Shown here in pieces: positions 25,470-35,994 of a stretch of 64,000 nucleotides of DNA. The position numbers were made by a program, and so were the translations under genes. The stretch's first letter is position 1. The number at the start of each line of letters is the position of its first letter. The notes under the pieces are model-generated. The model saw only the letters and a list, made by a program, of their open reading frames with translations. It did no database searches and was not told the DNA's origin. The DNA is from Octopus sinensis (Eukaryota), in the NCBI RefSeq assembly GCF_006345805.1, contig NC_043025.1, positions 11,594,001-11,658,000 of the forward strand. Direction: 5' to 3'.

Positions 25470-25770
25470 CCTGCGTCCCCAAAGTCCATCCTTGCCTCAC
25501 CATGGTGAGGACGCTGACAACGGGTAGTGTCAGAGCTATGCCAACGGGAACTGCAGTTCCTGGTAGGGCCACCCAAGGCGGATTGGTCTGACACCGAGTG
25601 TTATTAGGGCCACAACCCGGCAGATGGGGCTCTGGTGAAAATCCTCGGAGTGTCTGCTTCGGCAACCAGCAGCTCCTCAGTCGTTCTGTCCCTGCGTCTG
25701 CTGACAATCTGCGGCAAACAGGATGTCTCTACATGTGGGATTGTTGGGGACCGCTTGTGAAATCCACATA
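25470..25770 (+). mobile_element. RTE retrotransposon 5'UTR-like fragment, highly structured
   Basis: CATGGTGAGGA...GAGCTATG...CCTGGTAGGGCCACCCAAGGCGG resembles, from recall, the 5'UTR motif of RTE (BovB/Rex3-type) elements. Contains perfect palindromes CCTCACCATGGTGAGG and GGAACTGCAGTTCC. Confidence 0.5.
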
Positions 25771-26643
25771 ATCCCACGAAACGTAAGGTAATCCCATAAA
25801 ATGGCTTTTCCCATTTTCAATATATGTGATACCAGTGCCGGTGGCACGTAAGAGAACCATCCGAACGTGGTTGTTGCCAGCCTCGCCTGGCCTCCGTGCC
25901 AGTGGCACGTAAAATGCACCATCTGAGCATGGCCATTCGCCAGCCTCGCCTGTGTGTGTGTGTACATAAATTTGTATATGTAATTGTGTTAGTGTGTCAA
26001 TATCTGTTTTATGTGTACACTATTTTCAACAGCTGGTGTAGTTTATGCTGTATCCTTGATGTTCTATAACTTAGTAGTTCAATAATAGAGATCAATAAAC
26101 TATGTAGTGGCTGTGTGGTAAGTAGCTTGCTTACGAACCGCATGGTTCAGGGTTCAGTCCCACTGCATGGCACCTTGGGCAAGTGTCTTCTACTATAACC
26201 TCGGGCCAACCAAAGCCTTGTGAGTGGATTTGGTAGACGGAAACTGAAAGAAGCCTGTCATATATATGTATATGTATATATGTATATGTATGTGTGTGTG
26301 TATGTGTATACGTTTGTGTGTGTGTTTGTCCCCACCAACATCACTTGACAACCGATGCTGGTGTGTTTACGTCCCTGTCACTTAGCAGTTCGGCAAAAGA
26401 GCCCGATAGAATAAGTACTAGGCTTACAAAGAATAAGTCCCGGGGTCGATTTGCTCGACTGAAGGTGGTGCTCCAGCATGGCTGCAGTCAAATGACTGAA
26501 ACAAGTAAAAGAGGTCTTTTAGTCAATATGACCAACAAAAGCTATCAAGTCCTTGAAGGGCACTCAAAGCCTCACTCACTCACCCCGGCATAGTTCCAGC
26601 CAAATCCCTTACAAAAATGACAGAACAACTGATCCATATTTAC

Positions 26644-26729
26644 CCAGGCAAATCCAGTGAGAACAGACAGCTTCATCTGGAACTTTCCAAATCCAATCCT
26701 ATCAATGGCCTGCTGTAAGGTGTAGGTTT
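26644..26729 (-). CDS. SVOP: SVOP exon 2 ([28 protein letters not shown])
   Basis: Acceptor ttcaatttcag and donor TGG|gtaaat, 86 nt. Matches vertebrate SVOP [28 protein letters not shown]. Confidence 0.95.
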
Positions 26730-26800
26730 CTGAAATTGAAGAAAATATTTTGAACTATTAGCACATATTCAATATAGTCACCCTATTTTATATCTATACT

Positions 26801-27190
26801 TAGGGGAAGCACTCCGTCGGTTACGACGACGAGGGTTCCAGTTGATCCGAATCAACGGAACAGCCTGCTCGTGAAATTAACGTGTAAGTGGCTGAGCACT
26901 CCACAGACACGTGTACCCTTAACCTAGTTCTCGGGGATATTCAGCGTGACACAGAGAGTGACAAGGCCGGCCCTTTGAAATACAGGTACAACAGAAACAG
27001 GAAGTAAGAGTGAGAGAAAGTTGTGGTGAAAGAGTACAGCAGGGATCACCACCATCCCCTGCTGGAGCCTCGTGGAGCTTTTAGGTGTTTTCGCTCAATA
27101 AACACTCACAACGCCCGGTCTGGGAATCGAAACCGCGATCCTATGACCGCGAGTCCGCTGCCCTAACCACTGGGCCATTGCGCCTCCACA
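26801..27190 (-). mobile_element. Full-length third tRNA-type SINE (about 390 bp)
   Basis: Head GGAGGCGCAATGGCCCAGTGGTTAG...GGTTTCGATTCCC and a 3' stem-loop, flanked by a TATACT direct repeat. A second near-full copy lies at about 50215-50585 (+), and partial copies at about 115, 4350, 4655, 16940, 17245, 38630 and 62660. Confidence 0.85.
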
Positions 27191-27309
27191 TATATATACT
27201 ATCACCAAGCCTTATACAGCCTTCATATGTTACACAGTTGCCATGACTCCTTATACAATCATCATCCCTTATACAGTCACCATACCTTATACAGTTACCA
27301 TAATATATG

Positions 27310-28148
27310 CCATAAATCCTCGAGTATAGTCCGCCCTTGAATATATAATACGCAGGGGATTTTTAGGGGGCTGTACCTCTGAAAAACCTAAATCTTGTGT
27401 ATAATACGCACCCCTTCTCTAACTTGAGTCAAGGAGGTCTACATAATGTCCTTGGTTTGTAAAAATATATACAGTAACATCCTTTATTATTATTGTATAT
27501 ATAACATAATGCAAACGTGTATATGCAGGGGATTTTTAGGGGGCTGTACCTCTGAAAAACCTAAACCTTGTGTATAATACGCACCCCTTCTCTAACTTGA
27601 GTCAAGGAGGTCTATATAACGTCTTTGGTTTGTAAAAATGTATACAGTAACATCCTTTATTATTATTGTATATATAACATAATGCAAACGTGTATACACA
27701 GGGGATTTTTAGGGGGCTGTACCTCTGGAAAACCTAAACCTTGTGTATAATACGCACCCCTTCTCTAACTTGAGTCAAGGAGGTCTATATAACGTCCTTG
27801 GTTTGTAAAAATATATACAGTAATGTCCTTTATTATTATTGTATATATAACATAATGCAAACTTGTAGCTTTTTTGTGCATTTTGTTTGCAGAAAATAAA
27901 GAAATAACAGTAATAACGTTTAATAAATGTTGCTTACTGTAAGTTATGGATGATTCTTTTATGACTTCATTGCTTTCAGGCTTAGCTTGAGGTATTTTCG
28001 AGTCCGACATCAGAAAATGCGTCGGAATAAACATTGCCGGACAGCAAATAGAGACTCGGACATTGCTTATAAAATAATTTTCATTTTTAACCTCGTATAT
28101 AGTACAAATTTTTGGGGGAAAATGCAGATTATACTCGAGGATTTACGG
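27310..28148. mobile_element. pogo/Tigger-like MITE with 3 internal 173-bp tandem units
   Basis: TIR CC(G/A)TAAATCCTCGAGTATA / TATACTCGAGGATTTACGG followed by TA. Confidence 0.8.
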
Positions 28149-28162
28149 TATGTGTGCGTGTT

Positions 28163-28196
<34 letters not shown>

Positions 28197-28518
28197 TATA
28201 TATACATACATATATGGAATGTTCTAGTACAAGGAACAAGCATGCAGGTTAAAATGTGGCTCAATATGGTTCTTAAATTGATATTTTTCAGTTATTTATA
28301 ATTTACACTATATAATTATGCTACATTCAGTATATACACGTATAGGCGTAGGAGTGGCTGTGTGGTAAGTAGCTTGTTTACCAACCACATGGCTCCGGGT
28401 TCAGTCCCACTGCATGGCATCTTGGGCAAGTGTCTTCTACTATAGCCTCAGGCCGACCAAAGCCTTGTGGGTGGATTTGGTAGATGGAAACTGAAAGATG
28501 CCTGTTGTATATATGTAA

Positions 28519-28980
28519 ATTCAGATGAATATGGTACTTAAGTTGAGGCACCAGAATTAAGTATGGTATTATCCATACAATTTCAAAATAAGGTGATGAA
28601 AATCAAAATAAGCAACAAGGGTATCCAAAGGTAATGCAGTACGATCGTTTCATGCAACTCCATTTAATTGAACAATGCAATCATTTCATTACATCAATTT
28701 AAAATGGAGATTTTGGGTAAAATTATACTAATGTGTCCATCTGTTCTAATTTAATTAAATTCTATGTCTTTGTGCATCTGAAGATTGCTCTACATTTTAA
28801 ATTGATGTAATGAAATGATTGCATTGTTCAATTAAATGGAGTTGCATGAAACGATCGTACTGCATTACCTCTGGATATCCTTGTTGCTTATTTTGATATT
28901 AATCACCTTATTTTGAAATTGTATGGATAATACCATACTGAATTCTGGTGCCTCAACTTAAGTACCATATTCATCTGAAT
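28519..28980. mobile_element. Foldback element / long-TIR MITE (188-bp arms, 86-bp spacer)
   Basis: 28519-28706 is the near-perfect reverse complement of 28793-28980. Confidence 0.85.
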
Positions 28981-29064
28981 CTAAATTTTATATATATGTA
29001 TATATATGTATAGAGAGAGATTTCACTGTAAATAGATATATTTGTGAAGGCTTGGCAAGTATCA

Positions 29065-29151
29065 CCACTAGCGGGGACTTGCTACCCTGGACTGATGACG
29101 GGCAAGACCCAGAAACATGCATGTCTTCAGGTTGCTAGTCCTAGCTGGTGG
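29065..29151 (+). ncRNA. Type I hammerhead ribozyme fold (HHR-B)
   Basis: CCTGGA-CTGATGA-C GGG caaga CCC A-GAAA-C atgcat G-TC|TTCAGG. Stem I is CCTGGA/TTCAGG, extended by GGACT/AGTCC and CCACTAGC/GCTGGTGG. The stem III loop ATGCAT is palindromic. Predicted GUC cleavage after 29125. Positions 10.1-11.1 form a non-canonical C-A pair. Confidence 0.7.
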
Positions 29152-29250
29152 GGGTGTTTGTCTTCCCTTTGCAAATATAAGGACACAGGAAATGTGTCAA
29201 AGCCGACAGGAAGCATCGATGCTTCCTGAAGGGAGCTGACTTCTCGTCGA

Positions 29251-29320
29251 CAACCATGATTGTCACACGCTGATGAAAGGTAAACACCTTGAAACTCGGG
29301 TACGTGTGTATCATGTGTTG
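29251..29320 (+). ncRNA. Type I hammerhead ribozyme fold (HHR-C)
   Basis: CAAC-CATGAT-tgt-CACACG-CTGATGA-AAGGT aaac ACCTT-GAAA-C tcgg G-TA|CGTGTG-t-ATCATG-t-GTTG. The core is intact, stem I is a perfect 6 bp with an internal loop and extension, and stem II is a perfect 5 bp. Predicted GUA cleavage after 29302. Confidence 0.85.
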
Positions 29321-30464
29321 AAGACGGGGAGGATGACTCCCCTTCACAAATATTGACAGGACACAGATAGTGAGTCTATAGCCAGCTGGAGGAGGTATCT
29401 TCCTGGGACTATAAACTACAGTAGCATCCACCCTTATGGGTTAGCCATATTCAAATGGCAAATATGCAACACGATGTGTTACCGCTACTGTTTATAACTC
29501 GCTCTGAGATTTATCATCGCTCTGAGATTTATCATTATATATATATAGATATTTATATATATCTAAAATACACCAATCTGACCGTGGCCGTTGCCAGCCT
29601 CGCCTGGCACCTGTGCAGGTGGCACGTAAAAATCACCCACTACTCTCTGAGTGGTTGGTGTTAGGAAGAGCATCCAGCTGTAGAAACACTGCCAGATCTG
29701 ACTGGCCTGGTGCAGCCTTCGGGCTCCCCAGACCCCAGTTGAACCGTCCAACCCATGCTAGCATGGAAAGCGGACGTTAAACGATGATGATGATGATGAT
29801 ATATTTATATATTTATATATATTTATATATATATATATTTATATATATATATATTTATATATATATACACACACACACCACACAGTCATGCCTGCACCTA
29901 AACACATGTGTGTATGTGTCAGTATGTGTCGGTATATAATACAAAATAGAAAACCAGAGCAGATAAAGTATGTTAAACCTTTTGTGCTTCTATGAAACGT
30001 TTGAGCAGGAAAGGGCATTGTTCATACTACATAATACTGGTGTGGGTGGAATAGGTTTGTAAAGTTATACAATATGTCAGCTGTGGCTAGTATTGAAAGA
30101 TAGCAACAATAGAACAGAGGACATGTGTGTCATGTTTCTTGTTACCAGGGTTAATTATCTACAATAGTAAAAACAACAATAACAAAAGCAGGTACAAAAA
30201 CAATAAAAATAGTAACAACAAAAACAACAACAATAACAATAAAAACAACATGGTAACACTGGATATAAGGCTGTAGACGGAGTTATAATGGACAAAAATA
30301 AGGAAGAATACCTTCAGAAAAATACAATGAACACAACCTTTTTTTCTATTTCAACTTTAATTAACATATTTTTATTAAAATATATTGCCTGTTTTTCAAT
30401 TAATTTTGAAAAAAATATAGGATTTAATAAAATAACTTTGTCGTTAACAAGCTGGTGCTTCAAA

Positions 30465-31082
30465 TCTCTATATAAAGCTGAAATTATCTATGTGTGACAG
30501 GTTTGGTAGCCTTCAACTAACACTATCTCCTCCAAGACCCTGCAGCGCAAGTTGACCAAAATTGAGAGTATGATAGAAGAAGGCTTGCTCTTCATTCCGT
30601 AGAAGAAAAAATTCAAATCGGACCATGTTAATACCAAAAATTATTTACATCAAAAAGGTGCTTTTTTTCTATGAAAATCCCTATTTTTTATGATTTATAA
30701 AGCTGAAGTTATCTGTGTGTGTATGGCAGGTTTGGTAGCCTTCAACTAACACTATCTCCTCCGAGACCCTGTGGCACAAGTTGACCAAAACTGAAAGTAC
30801 AATAGAAGAATGCTTCCTCTTCATTCTGTAGAAGAATAAATTGAAATCGGACCATGTTAACACCAAAAATTATTTACATCAAAAAGTTGCTTTTTTTTTC
30901 TATGAAAATCCCTATATTTTACGATTTTTTTACTGCTGTGTTGCCATTTTTCGGTGTATTTCAACCAGAAAATGCTCACTTAAAGAGAATAACAAGCTAC
31001 ATAATGCAAAATTTTTGCCTTTCAAAAATTCCAATTCTAAAGGGTCGAAACAAACCCAAGCAACGCCGGGCGATACTGCTAG
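30465..31082 (+). mobile_element. Non-autonomous Helitron with an internal about 230-bp duplication
   Basis: 5' TCTCTATAT and 3' CAAACCCAAGCAACGCCGGGCGATACTGCTAG|T. Confidence 0.8.
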
Positions 31083-31905
31083 TATAAATTAATGTGAAAT
31101 TTTGGTGTAAATTCTTTAGAAGACTTTAAAACCAGAATAAGACACTTGGCTATAACAAGGAATTAAGAACAGACTCAAGTGGGTTGGTATCAAAACGGTT
31201 AAGACAAACATGATTGGAAGATTTAGAAATCCGGAAAGACCCGGAAGCTAAATCATATCCGTCACTAGGACATACTCTTTACTCTTTTACTTGTTTCAGA
31301 CATTTTGACTGTGGCCATGCTGGAGCACCACCTTTAGTCGAGCAAATCGACCCCAGGACTTATTCTTTGTAAGCCTAGTACTTATTTTATCAGTCCCTTT
31401 TGCCGAACTGCTAAGTTACAGGGATGTAAACTCACCAGCATCGGTTGTCAAGCGACAAACACAGACACACAAACATACACACACATACATATATATATAT
31501 ATGCATAAATACGACGGGCTTCTTTCAGTTTCCGTCTACCAAATCCAGTCACAAGGCTTTGGTTGGCCTTAGGCAAGTGTCTTCTACTACAGCCTCAGGC
31601 CGACCAAAGCTTTGTGAGTGAATTTGGTAGATGGAAACTGAAAGAAGCCCATCATATATATATATGTATATATATGTGTGTGTATATGTTTGTGTGTCTG
31701 TGTTTGTCCCCCCAACATCGCTTGACAACCAATGCTGGTGTGTTTACGTCCCCATCACTTAGCAGTTCGGCAAAAGAGACCAATAGAATAAGTACTGGGC
31801 TTACAAAGAATAAGTCCCGGGGTCGATTTGCTCGACTAAAGGCGGTACTCCAGCATGGCCGCAGTCAAATGACTGAAACAAGTAAAAGACTAAAAAGAGA
31901 GAGAG

Positions 31906-31958
<53 letters not shown>

Positions 31959-32914
31959 ATATGTTTGGGTGTCTGTGTTTGTCCCCCCAACATCGCTTGA
32001 CAACCAATGCTGGTGTGTTTACGTCCCCATCACTTAGCGGTTCGGCAAAAGAGACCAATAGAATAAGTACTGGGCTTACAAAGAATAAGTCCCGGGGTCG
32101 ATTTGCTCGACTAAAGGCGGTGCTCCAGCATGACCGCAGTCAAATGACCGAAATAAGTAAAAGAGTAACAACAAGGGGACATTAGATAATGTACTCCTAG
32201 ATATACTATGCCTAAATTAACAGGATTTTCTGTTGGATCAGGGCTGACCTGGGGTTAAAGAACAACAAGGAGACATTAGATAATGTAGTCCTAGATACAC
32301 TATGCCTGAATTAATAACAGGATGTTCTGTTGGGTCAGGGCTGACCTGGGGCTACAGAACAACAAGGAGACATTAGCTAATGTAGTCCTAGGTAGACTGT
32401 GTCAAAACAATAAGCCACAAAGGTACCAACATATCATGCTTGTGGTTATTTTCCTCAACAACAACAATACAACAGAATTGATGTCCGAGTGAAGAGGAGT
32501 GTCCGAGCAAGGCCACTGGTCAAACAGAAACTGGCCATTTCAATGGAGATCAATAAATACTCTGCTCTCCAGTAACTAAGCCTTTGTCAGCTGATCATTC
32601 ACAGGATCAATACCTAATAGATCAATGTTAATACAACAAACGGTAAAATATTAATTCAAAAGAAAATTAACGATTTGTGATGGACAGTTATTTTTTTTTT
32701 ACTGTTTCAGCTATTAGACTGTGGCCATGCTGGAGCATTTATTTTTCCTGTGGATTTGGATAGTGTTGTTGTTGTTGTGCTTGTTTAAATGATGTCCATT
32801 TAGAATTTGTGATCAAAGGTGTTCCAACAATAACCATCCTGCCTGTTTGTTATTCAGGCATAGTTTATCTAGGAATACATTATTTAATGTGACTGCGCTT
32901 TTTATTGTTTCTTA

Positions 32915-33745
32915 TTTCTTATTTCTTTATTGCCCACAAAAGGCTAAACACAGAGGGGACAAACAAGGACAGACAAACGGATTAAGTCGATTACATCGAC
33001 CCCAGTGCGTAACTGGTACCTAATTTATCGACCCCCGAAAGGATGAAAGGCAAAGTCGACCTCGGCGGAATTTGAACTCAGAACATAGCGGCAGGTAAAA
33101 TACCTATTTCTTTACTACCCACAAGGGGCTAAACACAGAGGGGACAAACGAGGACAGACAAAGGGATTAAGTTGATTACATCGACCCCTGTGCGTAACTG
33201 GTACTTAATTTATCGACCCCAAAGGGATGAAAGGCAAAGTCGACCTCGGCGGAATTTGAACTCAGAACATAGCGACAGAAGAAATACCTATTTCTTTACT
33301 ACCCACAAGGGACTCAACACAGAGGGGACAAACAAGAACAGACAAACGGATTAAGTCGATTACATCGACCCCAGTGCGTAACTGGTACCTAATTTATCGA
33401 CCCCGAAAGGATGAAAGGCAAAGTCGACCTCGGTGGAATTTGAACTCAGAACATAACGGCAGATAACATGCTTATTTCTTTACTACCCACAAGGGGCTAA
33501 ACACAGAAGGGACAAACAAGGACAGACAAAGGGATTAAGTAGATTACATCGACCCCAATGTGTACTTAATTTAGTCGACCTCGGCAGAATTTGAACTCAG
33601 AACGTAGCAACAGATGAAATACCGCTAAGTATTACGCCCGGTGTGCTAACATTTCTTATTTCTTTACTGCCCACAAGGGGCTTAACATAGAGAGGACAAA
33701 CAAGGACATACAAAGGGATTAAGTCGATGACATTGAGCCCAGTGT
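32915..33745 (-). mobile_element. Tandem pentamer of the same SINE as 8300-9085 (period about 184 bp)
   Basis: Unit starts at 32921, 33106, 33290, 33474 and 33658. Confidence 0.85.
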
Positions 33746-34334
33746 GTAACTGGTACTTAATTTATATGTATAGATGTATGTATTATATGTACATATACAT
33801 ATATATATATATATATAGGTATAATTGTGTGTGTGTGGGTGCATGTGTATAAGTATGTATTTATGCATGCCTCCTCATGTTTGTGTCTGTCAACCCCCCA
33901 CTGTTTAACAACCAGTGTTGGTTTGTTTACGTCCCTGTAACTTAGCAGTTCAGCAAAAGAAACTAATAGAATATGTACTGGACTTGAAAAATAAGTACTG
34001 CTGTTGATTTATTTGATTAGAACTTTTGAAAATGGGAGTGCCCCAGCATGGCCACAGTCCAATGACTGAAACAAGTAAAAGATAAAAGGTCAAGAAAAAG
34101 AAATAAGAGAACAGTTCTTGATATTATTTAACACATGGTCGTGCTTGAGTGACCACAGGGCACTTCCCATTGCACACAAAGATTCTAGCTGTGAAACATT
34201 CCAACACTGCGTCTGTTTTGTATCAGGCGTGACTAAGTGGTAAGAAGTTTGCTCTTTGACCAGAAGGTTCCAGGTTCAGTCCCACCATGTAGCATTTTGG
34301 ACAAGGGTTTTCTACTTCAGCCTCAGTTTTTCCC

Positions 34335-35014
34335 TTCCTCATCACTGGACTATCATCTCTTCGGCCCCATGAAAGAGGGTTTGAGAGGCAAACATTATTC
34401 CAGTAACGAGGAAGTGGCTCAAAGAACAGTCAACAGAATTTTACGGGGCAGGGATACATGCTCTTATTCGAAGGTGGAACGTTGCTATTGAGAGAAACGT
34501 TGTCTATGTTGAGAAGTAGGGATGTGAGCCACTTCTTCACTACAGAAAGAGGGTTTGAGAGGCAAACATTATTCCGGTGACGAGGAAGTGAAAACTGTAG
34601 TGAAGAAGTGGCTCAAAGAACAATCAACAGATTATACGGGGCAGGGATACATGCTCTCATCGAAGGTGGAACATTGCTATTGAGAGAAACGGTGTCTATG
34701 TTGAGAAGTAGGGATGTGAGCCACTTCTTCACTACAGAAAGAGGGTTTGAGAGGCAAACATTATTCCGGTGACGAGGAAGTGAAAACTGTAGTGAAGAAG
34801 TGGCTCAAAGAACAATCAACAGAATTATACGGGGCAGGGATACATGCTCTCATTCGAAGGTGGAACATTGCTATTGAGAGAAACGGTGACTATGTTGAGA
34901 AGTAGGGATGTGATCCTCAAAGGACCAGCTTCATTTTGATGTATGATACATGTTCCTGCATTGGTAATTATACCTGTCCTAAACAAAATGGCATTACTTT
35001 TTGACTCACCCTTG
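34335..35014 (+). mobile_element. Mariner transposase C-terminal fragment, triplicated, plus right terminus
   Basis: DYHLFGPMKEGLRGKHYS.EEVKTVVKKWLKEQS.E.YGAGIHALIRRWNIAIERNGDYVEK*. The repeat anchor recurs at 34375, 34549 and 34741, and the fragment ends TTTTGACTCACCCTTG|TA. Confidence 0.85.
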
Positions 35015-35373
35015 TACTTTAACCCTTTAGTGTTCAGATTATTCTATCAAACATAATGCTTATCGATTCCCATTGATTTGAATTAATCATGCATTATCTC
35101 ATATCTTCAAGATCTTGATGGTGTAATTACCAAATGTAGAATAACATTGTAGGGTAGGTGTGAGAGCCTGGATCTGGTCAGTTTGAACATATTGGAGCCT
35201 CCAGCTGTATGAAAATTTCATGACCCCCACTGCCCCTTGTCAGAAAACTGCTTCAGGAGTTGTGAAAAACGAATTTGTACATAGTCTGTTTCTGAGAGCT
35301 ACTCTATCGGACCTCTGTCTAATCATTTAAAACGTTGATTTAATTATGAACATAGAAAGAAATTATATATTAA

Positions 35374-35592
35374 CCCTTTAGTGTTCAGATTATTCTATCA
35401 AACATAATGCTTATCGATTCCCATTGATTTGAATTAATCGTGCATTATCTCATATCTTCAAGATCTTGATGGTGCAATTATTTAATGTAGAATAACATTG
35501 TAGGGTAGGTGTGAGAGCCTGGATCTGGTCAGTTTGAACATAAAACAGATTAGCTATTTTGGCCGGATATGGCCGGTTTAAATACTAAAGGG
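35374..35592. mobile_element. piggyBac-type MITE (219 bp)
   Basis: TTAA|CCCTTTAGT ... ACTAAAGGG|TTAA. A truncated sister copy lies at 35023-35190, and a diverged copy at about 37803-38319 contains a CR1 fragment. Confidence 0.85.
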
Positions 35593-35654
35593 TTAATATG
35601 ACATCAGCATGAGTGCTCCTTACATGGCACCAGCACAGCACTCTTGTAGACTAA

Positions 35655-35985
35655 TCCTCTTCAGTATGGGTAGCAGCATTAACACTTCTGCTGCGGAGCA
35701 CGGGTCCTCTTGAGTACAGCAAGATGCCAAGTATCTCGGCTCTTTGTCTCACATCTGAAAAATTCAGTGTCCTTAGTTCATTGTTCAGTACTTCTTTCCA
35801 TGTGTTCCTGGGGCTCCCACTTCGACACATTCCATCCACTTTCAGAGATCAACACTTCTTTATGGAGCTGTCCTCATCCATCCACATCAAATGACCAAAC
35901 CAGGATACTCTTCCCTCTTGCACGCAGCAACCAATTCCTCCTCTGATGCCTAACTTCTCTCTCCCAATTTACATTACACATCCAG
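35655..35985 (-). mobile_element. Degenerate RTE LINE 3' fragment
   Basis: Minus-strand ...CRSGSPRNTWKEVLNNELRTL resembles the RGRPRKTW.EV..DL motif. Confidence 0.45.
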
Positions 35986-35994
35986 CAAAGTATA

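Noticed and set aside
25640-25700. Minus-strand CTGAGGA...CCGAAG as another hammerhead
   Set aside because: It has GAAG instead of GAAA, and no stem I partner was found.
26801-27190. SINE heads as tRNA genes
   Set aside because: Only A/B-box-like motifs are present. There is no closed cloverleaf, and the heads continue into repeat bodies.
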